From an uncultured Polyangiaceae bacterium (lineage in GTDB: Bacteria; Acidobacteriota; Thermoanaerobaculia; Multivoradales; JAHEKO01), in the NCBI GenBank assembly GCA_964195975.1, contig CAXMQZ010000087.1:747-64746 (forward strand): 64,000 bases of DNA, written 5' to 3'. Each line of letters begins with the position of its first letter. Position 1 is the stretch's first letter. The notes below the pieces were generated by a model. The model had not been told where the DNA came from. It searched no databases and worked only from the letters and a program-made list of their open reading frames with translations. The position numbers were made by a program, and so were the translations under genes. Below are positions 46,312 to 56,087 of the stretch, in pieces.

Positions 46312-48350
46312 CGCACGACCACCGGATCCATTCTTCCCTCTGGGGAGACCTTGAATACACGTCGCACATCGCGGTACCCCTCACGGCTCCCTATCGCGGT
46401 GTAGGAGCCCGGTCGCAACTCGAGCTGACGTTGTTCGAACCGACCGAGCGACCCGACCCGGTAGACCACCACATAAGTGTAGTTGTCAGACACCAGTCGA
46501 ATCTGGACCGGAGTAGAAGCCACCTCGATCACCTGCTCGAGCTGAGTGATCTGGCGTCGGATTCTGGGGCCCTCCGGGAGAGCATCTCTGGCTTGGCCCA
46601 ATAGATCGATGGCCTCATTCAGCACCGGCTGAGTGGAGAATCGATCCGGATGCATGATGTGAAAATCGAGCCGATCGCTCAACTCGGCTCGCTCGGATGC
46701 GAGGCGCTGCCCTTCGATGGCAAAGCGGATCGCTGGGTCGAGCTTCAGGACCGCCGCGTACTCGGTCTCCGCTTCTCGCCAATGCTCGGTACTCGCAAGC
46801 TCCCGCGCCCTTTCGCGATGACTTTCAATCGCTGCTAGACGCATCTGTTGTTCGGCCCTGGCCAGACCATCGGCTGCCTCTCTGGAGTCGGGTCGGACCG
46901 CCAGCGCTCTCTGAAACGCTGCCTGTGCCTCCGAGAAGCTGTCTCGTTCGAGCGCACGCAGGCCAGCCGACATTGCCTCTGAAAAGGCCTTTACACCCTC
47001 GGAACTGGGTCGGCGATTCTGAGGAACCGACAGACGAGGCGGCTCCGGCAACGGCGTTGGCCTGGCAGACGACAGATCTTGATCGGGTGCGGGTGGCTCA
47101 GCTGCAGAAGCAACGACAGGAGAGGGTCGGGCCTCGATCGTCTCAATCGCGTCGCCATCCCCTGAGCTCGGCCCTGTTGACGGTCCTGGGGGCGGCTTGG
47201 CCAGCCCAGCGGGCCCGGACCTACCTTCCTCGGAATCAATTCGTATCGGTTCTCCAGCCTCGATCTCCTCTCCTACATCTTCAGCCGCCTCCGACCCGGG
47301 AACGGCGACCTGAGGATTCTCGCGCACCCAGTTGGGCAGAAGTACAAACACGGCCACCGCCAAGAGCCCAAGAAATCCAAATGCCAAGACGGTCATGATC
47401 CGGCCAGAGCTCCAGCGACTACCGACCCGCCCTTTCGTACGCTGAGCCGAAATAGATGCGGTAGCTATTCGCGATTCCAACGCACGAGGTGGAGCGCTGA
47501 TTCGAATGGGTGCTACCGGACGACCCTCGGGCTTCGCATCCGTGGTCGAGATCACGGCGAGTACTTCCTTCAAGGCTTGTCGAACAGATGCCATGTCCGA
47601 AGGCCTGTCTGAGGATCTTCGAGACAGCATGCTAGCGACCAGGTCATCAGCTTCGACAGGTAGCGAGCAGATCGAAGAGAGTCTGGTCGCCGTGCGACCA
47701 TAGCGGTCCTCGATCGAAGCGAGATCCGAAAAGACGGACTTTCCGGCGATGAGCTCGAACAACAGAGTGCCCAGCCCGTAGATGTCATCCGAGATGGCTG
47801 CAGGCTCCCCGCTCGATTGCTGTGGACTCTGATTGGTCTTCGAACCGCCACCAACCAGCTGCAAGTCTGTGGCGCTCGGTTCGAGCAGACCTGCTATTCC
47901 AAAATCACCGACGCGTAGCCGCCCTTGCTTGTCGAGCAGAATATTGCTGCACTTCAGATCGCGATGAATGACTCCGGCGGCATGCGCGTATTCCAGTGCG
48001 TCAACGACTCCACCTACTTTTTTCAGAATAGCAGGCAGAGAACCACCGAGTAGCTGCCCCATATCCCCGCCATCGAGATACTCAGCCGTGTAGAAGATCT
48101 CCTGATCGACTTCATGGAGCTCATAGACTCGGACGATGTTTTCGTGAACGAGTTTTTTCGCTATCCGAAACTCTTGCCGCAACAGATCAGCCGAGGTCCC
48201 CGAGGCATTGCCCCGCGCCAACTTGATCACCAGGTCGATATCGAACTCGGTGTCATGGGCGAGCCAAACCTCGCTCATACCCCCCGAGCCGATGCTTCGA
48301 ATCGCCTTGAAACGGGTACCGAGATGGCGTGAGCTACTCAAGTCAGGCAT
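46293..48350 (-). CDS. Hanks-type Ser/Thr protein kinase with TM segment and C-terminal TPR-like/unknown extracytoplasmic domain
   Basis: Kinase motifs GSGGMSEV, HRDLKCSNILL and DFG are present. A TM helix (IMTVLAFGFLGLLAVAVFVLL) is followed by a Pro-rich linker and helical repeats. It overlaps the downstream gene by 19 bp. Confidence 0.85.
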   Translation of the reverse strand: MPDLSSSRHLGTRFKAIRSIGSGGMSEVWLAHDTEFDIDLVIKLARGNASGTSADLLRQEFRIAKKLVHENIVRVYELHEVDQEIFYTAEYLDGGDMGQLLGGSLPAILKKVGGVVDALEYAHAAGVIHRDLKCSNILLDKQGRLRVGDFGIAGLLEPSATDLQLVGGGSKTNQSPQQSSGEPAAISDDIYGLGTLLFELIAGKSVFSDLASIEDRYGRTATRLSSICSLPVEADDLVASMLSRRSSDRPSDMASVRQALKEVLAVISTTDAKPEGRPVAPIRISAPPRALESRIATASISAQRTKGRVGSRWSSGRIMTVLAFGFLGLLAVAVFVLLPNWVRENPQVAVPGSEAAEDVGEEIEAGEPIRIDSEEGRSGPAGLAKPPPGPSTGPSSGDGDAIETIEARPSPVVASAAEPPAPDQDLSSARPTPLPEPPRLSVPQNRRPSSEGVKAFSEAMSAGLRALERDSFSEAQAAFQRALAVRPDSREAADGLARAEQQMRLAAIESHRERARELASTEHWREAETEYAAVLKLDPAIRFAIEGQRLASERAELSDRLDFHIMHPDRFSTQPVLNEAIDLLGQARDALPEGPRIRRQITQLEQVIEVASTPVQIRLVSDNYTYVVVYRVGSLGRFEQRQLELRPGSYTAIGSREGYRDVRRVFKVSPEGRMDPVVVRCEEKI

Positions 48351-48371
48351 GGCCTCGGGGACACGCCGGAC

Positions 48372-49610
48372 TCACTGCAAAGACGAGGTCTCGATGGCCA
48401 GCTCCGTGTCGGCGTTGGGGTCACCAGCAAGTCCGGTCTCCGTGGCATAGATTTGTTGAAGCAGACCTCGCCACTTGGCGTACTGGTTTTCGAGGTTACC
48501 GGTAAGGCGAACGGTCTCGCCCTCCACCTCCACCACCAACGGGGCGACCTCGGCATCGAACGAAACCCCGAGCTCCCTGATGGCTTCGCGATGCATCTTG
48601 GCTTCTTTTCCGGTTGCTATTCCGCTTCGCAGCACCATGATGCCACCGATCAGGGCAGCATCCCTGGCCACCGCCTCCAGACCGCTTCCTGGACTGGCTA
48701 CGACAGCTCCAAAGATCGCCAGTGCACCAATGATTTTGCGATTTCGAGCCTTTTTCTTGATCTCGTCCAATGCTATCTGCTCTTCGTAGGTGTAAGAGCG
48801 CCAGTCGTCGTAGGGAACCTCCATCGAAGCAGAGAAGTTGGCGTAGTTCTCATTGAGCGTGTCGATGAACATGTAGTCGCGCTCTCGTATCTGGACGATT
48901 CGGCCCATCATGGGATCGTCTTGCGCAGGCAGCTTCGCTACCGTATAGCGACCCTTCCTGTTGATCTCCAGATAGTCGTCGTAGAGCGTGGGTGCCAAGC
49001 CTCTTGCAAAACGCAGCTCGGAGATCCGTCTAAGCACCAGAAGATCTTCATTCTTCAGTTTTCTCCGAGTCTCGAGAAGCTCATTGGCTATGGCTCCATA
49101 GAGCGCCTCGAACGGCTCACGTGTCTCCAGTTCCTCGCTCTTCGGACCATAGGCGCGAGTGTCAGCCTCCTGTTTGAATCGCTTCTCCAGCCACTCGCGT
49201 CCGGATGAATCGGTGGCGCTTACCTCGACGACAAGCACTTTTCCATTCGACTTGATGATTCGACCGGTCACCGTCAGATCAACCGATGCGGTGTCTTGAG
49301 GCACGACCCGAACGGCACCCCATTGCCCCGTAGACTCGAGAGTCTCTTTCAAGCGCATGGGAATGTAGCGAGCCTCAGACTTTCGAACCTCAGGAAAGAC
49401 CTCGACCTGGTACTTCTTGTCTGTCGTCGGTTCCTCGGAGAGACCCGGATCAAAGAGCTCGATCCCCACATCGAGAAGGCTGTCCTCGGGTATGTCCTCG
49501 CGGGCCTGGATGGCCTTTGTGCTGGTCGTAGCGCTGGTTGCCGGACCGGATAGACCGGTAAGGAAAAGAGCTGCTGCCAGAAAAGTGCATCGAAGCTGAA
49601 GTCGTTTCAT
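48372..49610 (-). CDS. secreted hypothetical protein (signal peptide, C-terminal hydrophobic segment)
   Basis: The 412 aa ORF is in the operon. It has a signal peptide (MKRLQLRCTFLAAALFLTGLSGPATSA). Confidence 0.5.
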   Translation of the reverse strand: MKRLQLRCTFLAAALFLTGLSGPATSATTSTKAIQAREDIPEDSLLDVGIELFDPGLSEEPTTDKKYQVEVFPEVRKSEARYIPMRLKETLESTGQWGAVRVVPQDTASVDLTVTGRIIKSNGKVLVVEVSATDSSGREWLEKRFKQEADTRAYGPKSEELETREPFEALYGAIANELLETRRKLKNEDLLVLRRISELRFARGLAPTLYDDYLEINRKGRYTVAKLPAQDDPMMGRIVQIRERDYMFIDTLNENYANFSASMEVPYDDWRSYTYEEQIALDEIKKKARNRKIIGALAIFGAVVASPGSGLEAVARDAALIGGIMVLRSGIATGKEAKMHREAIRELGVSFDAEVAPLVVEVEGETVRLTGNLENQYAKWRGLLQQIYATETGLAGDPNADTELAIETSSLQ

Positions 49611-49636
49611 CTCGTGTCCCCTACAGTTCGTCCTGA

Positions 49637-50596
49637 TCAGCTCTTGCTGCTACCGGACTTGTAGTCCCGATACTCTTCCCACAGTTTCTCACGAAGCTCC
49701 GGATCGTCCTCGGTCATGGCTGCCTCTCGAAGCTGTCGCGCGATGATGTCGTCGTCGCTTCCATCACCGACATCCGATGGCACCCGGCCACCACCACCGC
49801 CTCCGGCAGATCCGCCACTCGCTTCACCTTCCTGCTCGGCCACTTCTTGTTGCTCGGCTTGTTCCGCGGCACCACCCGACTCCTCTCCTTCAGCCCCGGC
49901 CTCAACATCGGCGATCGCAGTGTCAGCATACTCTCCAGCACCCGAGTATCCTCCGCTTTCGGCTCCTGAGGCGGCCTCCTCCGCAGCGGCCGCGCTCGCC
50001 TCTTCCCGGCGCTCCTTTTCGAGAAGCTCCTGTTCTCGGAGCAACTCGCCATCGAACTCGGCAAGCGATCGCGCCAACTCTTCATCGAGAGCCGCGGTCC
50101 GCTCGCCGGCGGTCTGCGATCCTTGACGGATCGCGCCTCCAGAGGCTGCAGCCCTGGCATCATCGGGTACGGCGGGGCCACTTGGCTCGCTCGGCTCCCC
50201 AGAGGGATTTTCAGAACCCGGATCGCTCATAGAGGCTTTCTCAGGTTGACCACCCTCGGGCCCAGCAGCACCGTCCTCTCCAGAGGACATTTCATCGCTG
50301 CCGCCTTCAGCCGACTCGGCGCCCTCTCCAGGGGGCAGTACCTGCTCGACCTGAGAGGTTTCGGCTCCCCCTCCCGATTCCGAATCCGAAGGTGGCTGGC
50401 TGGGGTCAGAGGGGCTGGATGTCGGAGATGGAGGTGGAGGCGTCGAAGGTGTTTGCGGGGCCGACGGCGAGGGTGGAGTCGGCGGCGGCATCGATGGCGA
50501 AGGAGGCTGCGTCGAGGTACTCGAACAGCCCACGAAGGCCATCGCATGACCGATCAACGCTGCTACCAACAGTAGTTTTCTTGGCTTGACTCTCAT
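49637..50596 (-). CDS. lipoprotein with Pro/Ser-rich and acidic low-complexity regions
   Basis: Starts at MRVKPRKLLLVAALIGHAMAFVGC (lipobox-like). It has PPTPPSPSAPQTPSTPPPPSP and E/A/G-rich tracts. Confidence 0.5.
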   Translation of the reverse strand: MRVKPRKLLLVAALIGHAMAFVGCSSTSTQPPSPSMPPPTPPSPSAPQTPSTPPPPSPTSSPSDPSQPPSDSESGGGAETSQVEQVLPPGEGAESAEGGSDEMSSGEDGAAGPEGGQPEKASMSDPGSENPSGEPSEPSGPAVPDDARAAASGGAIRQGSQTAGERTAALDEELARSLAEFDGELLREQELLEKERREEASAAAAEEAASGAESGGYSGAGEYADTAIADVEAGAEGEESGGAAEQAEQQEVAEQEGEASGGSAGGGGGGRVPSDVGDGSDDDIIARQLREAAMTEDDPELREKLWEEYRDYKSGSSKS

Positions 50597-50774
50597 GACA
50601 TCAGCTCTCGTTAGCAGCGGCAACTCGAACAGGGCGCGATTCTCAGGTCCGGGCGATTCCCAACCGAACATTCCCGATGTGTCCGAGCAGGAACTGATTA
50701 CAGTCTAGCTCAAGCTCGTTCGACCTTGAGAACCGCTGCGTCTACCTCTAAATTCCTAGCAAATACCAGGCCAA

Positions 50775-51731
50775 TTACTTCGGTAGGGGAACTGCGAAGT
50801 GCTGTCGACAGAACTCCAAACGAGCCACAATCGAAGCTGGTTCACTCGAGATCGACTGCACCAATTCGAGACGACTCTGTAGCCCTGCTTCGTTGGCGAT
50901 CTGGATACTGAGACCCGGTCGGGCATTGAACTCGAGAATCAAAGGGCCAAGATCGCGGTCGATGACGATATCGATTCCAAGATATCCCAGTCCCGTGATC
51001 TCGTATCCTTCCGCCGCCATTTCTAGAATCTGGTTCCAAGCGGGCAGAACCATCCCTGCCAGCTTCTGACCAGTGTCAGGGTGCTCGCTGACGCAACGAT
51101 TGTCCAGAACACCCCCCAGGCTAGATCCGGTAGCGATGTCGACACCAACGCCTACCGCCCCCTGATGCAAGTTTGCTCGGCCATCGGAGAGCCGGGTCGG
51201 GAGCCGAGTCATCGCCATGACGGGATAACCCTGAAATACGATGAGTCGAATGTCGGGCACGCCGCGATAGCTCATCGGCGCCAGCGCCTCCGCGGTCTGG
51301 ACGCAGTACTCGACCATCACCCTGTCGCGTTGACCACCGAGGCTGTAGAGACCACTGAGCATGTTGGAAATGTGATGGGCCATCTCATCCCGATCGACCG
51401 GGGCACCGCTCGATTTGAAAAAGACATCTCGCCGACGACCCTTGATCACCAACACACCGTTGCCACCGCTACCGTGGGCTGGCTTTACGACAAACTGATC
51501 TCGAGCTCCCAATAAGTCTGTGAGATCTCGAATGTCATGCTGAGTCGATAAGACAGCAAACAGTTCCGGGACGGGCATTCCAGCCTCGACTGCCAGCTGT
51601 TTTGTGCGTAGCTTGTCGTCGACGAGGGGGTAGAGTCGCCGCGGGTTGAACCGGCGGATGTAGTCGACGTTGCGGCTATTAATGCCCAGCACACCAAGCC
51701 GTCGAAGATGTTGTACCCCGTTATTCATCAC
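50775..51731 (-). CDS. RimK-like ATP-grasp amidoligase (alpha-L-glutamate ligase-related)
   Basis: ATP-grasp motifs are present (..FVVKPAHGSGGNGV.., ..LGYLGIDIVID...ILEFNARPG). The N-terminal RLAN-like region is MMNNGV..LGINSRN. Confidence 0.75.
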   Translation of the reverse strand: MMNNGVQHLRRLGVLGINSRNVDYIRRFNPRRLYPLVDDKLRTKQLAVEAGMPVPELFAVLSTQHDIRDLTDLLGARDQFVVKPAHGSGGNGVLVIKGRRRDVFFKSSGAPVDRDEMAHHISNMLSGLYSLGGQRDRVMVEYCVQTAEALAPMSYRGVPDIRLIVFQGYPVMAMTRLPTRLSDGRANLHQGAVGVGVDIATGSSLGGVLDNRCVSEHPDTGQKLAGMVLPAWNQILEMAAEGYEITGLGYLGIDIVIDRDLGPLILEFNARPGLSIQIANEAGLQSRLELVQSISSEPASIVARLEFCRQHFAVPLPK

Positions 51732-53244
51732 GGCGGATCAGATCGCGGTAACGAAACAGCTCAAGCAGGCGATATCCCGTGTATCGACCCAGCAAGAGAA
51801 TCATCGCTAGAAGAATCAGAAGTACTTCAGGAAAAACCACCACCAAGTACTCGATCGAATCGAGACTCATGACCTGGTAGCAGATTGCGGCGACGAGCAA
51901 GGTGCCAACGCCCTGCTGGATCGCCTCGGTCGGCCCCACCTCCTCCCAGACAATCGACATGCGCTCGATCGCGATCGTCAGGATGACGAGTGGAAAGAGC
52001 GCCACCGATAACCCGATCTCCAAGCCAAGACGATGACTCAAGATGCTGATCGTCAGAAGCGCCAGGACGACCAGAATCAAGACCGCTGCCAGTCGGGGCA
52101 CCAGCAATAGCCTGAGACGGTCCAACAGAAAGCGCAGACCGACTCCTACACCTACGACCAGGACGAAAAGCACAATCCCAGCGAAAAGCCGAGTCTCGCG
52201 AAACGATAGCGCCACAAGGACAGGCAAGAACGTTCCAAAGGTCTTGACTCCAATAACGCTTCTAAGCAATACGATCAGAAAGGCGCCGATCGGAACCAGT
52301 AGCAAGACCTTGTACACCGCCTGTACTTGGATTGGAAGCCGAAGCAGCGAGTAATCGGCTACGGGTGAATCCAGGAGATCGGCTCGCCGTTCAGCAACCT
52401 CGAGCGCTTGAAGCACGTTGCGCCAGGTCGAGATCTCGACCTCGGGGTTACTCGCTCCGACGAAATCGATCAAAGGTCGACCGCCACGCCACCAGATAAA
52501 GAGATTTTCCGGCCGCACTCGCTCCCTTGATCCGGGGCTGTACCAGTGCCATGAAGAACCATCCCAGACTTCAAGGTAGGGCAGGAACATCGCCCTTCGC
52601 TCACCATCCCGCAAATCGAGGCCGTAGGCCACACGAGAAGCAACTTCACCCTTTGCGAGAAGCTGGGTCGCGATTTCAGCCTTGCGCCCAGGAGATCGGC
52701 CGCGAGATAAGAGAAGCTCCATGTTTTCGTCCGGGTCTGGATCGTTGATTCGACGAAGAACCTCGGTGGTGAAGCTGGTGATATCTGCAGACTGAGCCTG
52801 CGCCTGCTCGACGATGGTTTCGATAGCGGTCTCAAATGGCTCACCAAGACTTTCGATCACGACGGGCCCCGGCGTATCCGCATCCTGAACAGAAGGGTCG
52901 GGCGTAACGACGGCCCGGTAGTAAAAGGTTTGGCGACCAGCTGCTTCCCGGATCGCCCACTGAGCTTCGCGCCAGATCTCCTCTTCGACTACCGCCAAGC
53001 CAAAGCCCCGCGAAACGAAGTTCTCGTCGAGAATGACGAAGCCTGGGGGGTTCGAAGGCAGCTGCAACACTGCCTTTACCGGACGGGTATAGCTGTCAAC
53101 GGTAAATCGAGCCTGAACTGTCCACACACGCGATTCCACATCCGGCAGCAGGGGGTATCCGAGTGCCACAACCTTGTAGACGATCAGAGCCAAACCGGCC
53201 GCCGCCAGCAGACCGGCCGAGATCCACAGTGGGACACGGCTCAC
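51721..53244 (-). CDS. inactive transglutaminase-like domain fused to 7 transmembrane helices
   Basis: An N-terminal TM helix and a roughly 280 aa extracytoplasmic domain are followed by a 7-TM C-terminal block. Overlaps with its neighbours are 4 bp and 11 bp. Confidence 0.7.
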   Translation of the reverse strand: MSRVPLWISAGLLAAAGLALIVYKVVALGYPLLPDVESRVWTVQARFTVDSYTRPVKAVLQLPSNPPGFVILDENFVSRGFGLAVVEEEIWREAQWAIREAAGRQTFYYRAVVTPDPSVQDADTPGPVVIESLGEPFETAIETIVEQAQAQSADITSFTTEVLRRINDPDPDENMELLLSRGRSPGRKAEIATQLLAKGEVASRVAYGLDLRDGERRAMFLPYLEVWDGSSWHWYSPGSRERVRPENLFIWWRGGRPLIDFVGASNPEVEISTWRNVLQALEVAERRADLLDSPVADYSLLRLPIQVQAVYKVLLLVPIGAFLIVLLRSVIGVKTFGTFLPVLVALSFRETRLFAGIVLFVLVVGVGVGLRFLLDRLRLLLVPRLAAVLILVVLALLTISILSHRLGLEIGLSVALFPLVILTIAIERMSIVWEEVGPTEAIQQGVGTLLVAAICYQVMSLDSIEYLVVVFPEVLLILLAMILLLGRYTGYRLLELFRYRDLIRRDE

Positions 53245-53750
53245 TTGCCATCCTCCAACGGACAGGTGGGTTCGGTGGTGAACGACTCGCCGGCATCAAC
53301 CAGCGCGACATTCTCGAGAGCATTGCGCCCCAGGAGGACCGGATACTGGAATCCACTCCGGTCGACGAGACTGACCTCGACCTCATCGAGATGATCACCG
53401 AGGCAGATCTCTACTTGTACAACCGGACGGCGCTGGCTTGGCCCCTCGTGTTCTTTGATGTAGGCGTAACGAATCAATCTTTTCTTGTACCGAATTCGGC
53501 GGCCCGAGTTTCTGTCGATAACCAAGAACTCGACCCATCGATCACCGTCTCTCTCCCTATAGCGCCGAATCTTGGAGGCGTCGAGCGACGAGGTGTCAGC
53601 TCCAGTGTCCAGCTTGGCCTCCATCCTCAGGCGACTCTTGCCTATCTCTACCCGCTCGACCCAACCAAAGATGTCTTTCTTTCGAGAGACTGCCCACGAG
53701 GGTTCAACTAAAAGAACCACAAAGAGAAAAGCCGGAAGCGCAACTGACAC
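53241..53750 (-). CDS. retropepsin-like aspartyl protease (Pfam 'putative ATP-dependent zinc protease' family)
   Basis: It has a signal peptide and the LDTGADTSSL aspartyl-protease motif. The conserved partner genes lie downstream. Confidence 0.65.
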   Translation of the reverse strand: MSVALPAFLFVVLLVEPSWAVSRKKDIFGWVERVEIGKSRLRMEAKLDTGADTSSLDASKIRRYRERDGDRWVEFLVIDRNSGRRIRYKKRLIRYAYIKEHEGPSQRRPVVQVEICLGDHLDEVEVSLVDRSGFQYPVLLGRNALENVALVDAGESFTTEPTCPLEDGK

Positions 53751-54097
53751 GATTTTGAATCTCAGGTCGACCTCCGATGGAGTTGCTTTCCCAAATTTCT
53801 GCCTCGACCCTCTTAGGCGTTGGTTCAGAGAATTCTACAGCGTAGACCTCCAACCTTCAGGGCCTAGGTCAGGTGAGCCGCAGAAAAGGTCTTCAGCGCG
53901 GTTGCCGATCCCACTTCTCGGGAGATTTTCGAGACCCTTCGAAACCAAGGACCGCCTCGATCTGAAAGAGTTGCGGTTTGTTCGCAAAGAAGGCTGTGAG
54001 ATGAACTCGGAAGGCGAATCCGGCTCCTTCCACGGAGCCTCCTCGTCAATAGCCGCGTAGGCGAAACAAATCGGCCCTGAGCAGTGTAGTAAAACAT

Positions 54098-55936
54098 ATG
54101 AATGGACGCGAAGTTGCTCGGAGGAGCCCCATGGATAAATCTCGAAACATACCCAAGGTACTTTCTTGCCTCTGCTTGACAGGGACACTATTGAATCCCG
54201 GCCAAGCATCTGCGAACCACACAGACTGGGTAGTCGAAAGTAACGAATATTCTGAGCTCGTAACCCAGCTCTTTGGCAAGTACGTTCCAGAACTTCTCAC
54301 TAAACTGGGTGACGAGCGCTTCGATGAGTCGATTCGTCAGTATCCATTGGATTCCAATGAATTGGCGCGCAAAGACGAAACGCTGCTGATTGCCACGCTT
54401 GAGAAGGGCAGACGGGAAGAAACAGATCCCGCTGTGCTTCAGGACATCGACATCCTGATTCACCTCCTCGACCTCGACATCGAATTGACCGACGTCGAGG
54501 AGAGTCTGATGTTGCCCTACTTCGATCTGGCAAAACAGGTATATACGGGCCTCCGTCCTCTGCTCGACGCTCAGGTCTCAGCGGAGAGGCGAGAATTCGC
54601 CCTGGTGCGATTGCGGAAGTACACAGGACTCGATAACGACCTTGAACCGCTCGGCTCCCAGATCGAGACTTATGTGCGTGCTCGGCTCGACGACCCGGGT
54701 CTCCTGGGTCCGTTCAAAGGAGAGATTGAGACAGACTTGGCGCTAGCACCCCGCATCGCAGACGGACTTGGAAAGATGTTCGCGCAATTCGAGATTCCAG
54801 ACTACGAGGAGCCTCTCGAGATCCTTAGACAGCAGATCGAAAAACACGCGGAGTTTATTCAGGCCGAAGTGCTCCCTCGTGCTCGAGAGGATTTTCGACT
54901 TCCACCGGAGTTGTACGCCCTCAGGCTTCAAGAGATCGGGATCGATATGCCGATTCCCGAGCTGACCAGCCGGGCCCGAACCAGCTTCCGAGAGATCCAG
55001 AACGAGATGCAGGCCTTGGCGGTCCAGATCGCCAAGCAGAGAGACTTTGCTTCCACTGATTACCGGGATGTCATTCGCGAGCTCAAGGAGGAACAGCTTG
55101 CGGCCGACGAGATCGTCGACTTCTACCAGGAGACGATCAAGAGCGTCGAAGCAATCATTCGAGAGCAGGAGGTGGTCACGCTTCCGAGTCGAGTACTGCA
55201 AGTGCGTATCGCAAACGAAGCCGAGGAAGCCGTGATCAGAGCAGCCACCATCCGCTGGCCGAACCTGCTTGGCGACGCGGCCGAGGTGGGCGAGATCATC
55301 CTTCCTGTGCGTCGACCCAAGAGCGATCCTGCAGATGACCTGAAGTTCGATGACTTTACTCACAGGTCAGCAGCTTGGAGTCTAGTGATCCACGAAGGAA
55401 GACCCGGACATGAGCTCCAGATGGCATCCATCATGGAGAAAGGGGTCTCAACGGCACGAGCCTTTTATGCCTTCAACAGCACGAACGTCGAGGGATGGGC
55501 CCTATACGTCGAAGCGGTCATGAAACCCTATCTCCCTCTGGACGCTCAGCTCATCTCACTTCAGCATCGGCTACTCCGAGCGGCGCGCGCCTTTCTCGAT
55601 CCAGGGCTTCAAAGTGGGGAAATCACCACGGAGCAGGCCGCCCGGATTCTTTTCCACGATGTAGTTCTCTCCGCAGCTGTAGTCGACCAGGAGCTCGAAC
55701 GCTATACAAGCGACTCACCTGGACAAGCCACCTCCTACTTTTGCGGCTATCAGCGGTTGACCGAGCTACGAGCCCGAGTGGAATTGCTGCAGGGAGACAC
55801 CTTTAATCAGAAGGCCTTTCACAACTTCATTCTCGGCCAGGGTCTACTGCCCCCCTCCGCGCTCAGCCAAGCTGTGATGAAGGACTTTGTTGGATCCGGA
55901 GATCGCTCGGATGCGGAAGGTGTCAACACGCCCTGA
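54098..55936 (+). CDS. DUF885-family secreted/lipoprotein, putative metallopeptidase-like
   Basis: Contains a HEGRPGHELQ motif (HExxxGH..Q) typical of DUF885. A signal peptide is present if the start is at Met 54131. Confidence 0.6.
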   Translation: MNGREVARRSPMDKSRNIPKVLSCLCLTGTLLNPGQASANHTDWVVESNEYSELVTQLFGKYVPELLTKLGDERFDESIRQYPLDSNELARKDETLLIATLEKGRREETDPAVLQDIDILIHLLDLDIELTDVEESLMLPYFDLAKQVYTGLRPLLDAQVSAERREFALVRLRKYTGLDNDLEPLGSQIETYVRARLDDPGLLGPFKGEIETDLALAPRIADGLGKMFAQFEIPDYEEPLEILRQQIEKHAEFIQAEVLPRAREDFRLPPELYALRLQEIGIDMPIPELTSRARTSFREIQNEMQALAVQIAKQRDFASTDYRDVIRELKEEQLAADEIVDFYQETIKSVEAIIREQEVVTLPSRVLQVRIANEAEEAVIRAATIRWPNLLGDAAEVGEIILPVRRPKSDPADDLKFDDFTHRSAAWSLVIHEGRPGHELQMASIMEKGVSTARAFYAFNSTNVEGWALYVEAVMKPYLPLDAQLISLQHRLLRAARAFLDPGLQSGEITTEQAARILFHDVVLSAAVVDQELERYTSDSPGQATSYFCGYQRLTELRARVELLQGDTFNQKAFHNFILGQGLLPPSALSQAVMKDFVGSGDRSDAEGVNTP

Positions 55937-56087
55937 GGACGGGTAGCATCCAACACCAGGAGCCAGCCTCTCGCAATCGAGGGATCTCGGAGATGTAGGT
56001 GGATGACCGAGGCAACGAAAACCCCGGGGCGGCGAACTCTGCTCGAATTCAGATATCCTCAGCGCTCGACAAAACCGGAGGTTTTCA

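Noticed and set aside
49716-50575. Pro/Arg/Ala-rich ORFs on the plus strand (49716-50126, 49777-50232, 50123-50575)
   Set aside because: They overlap the minus-strand lipoprotein gene. Their low-complexity composition mirrors the GC-rich repeat, and there is no independent support.
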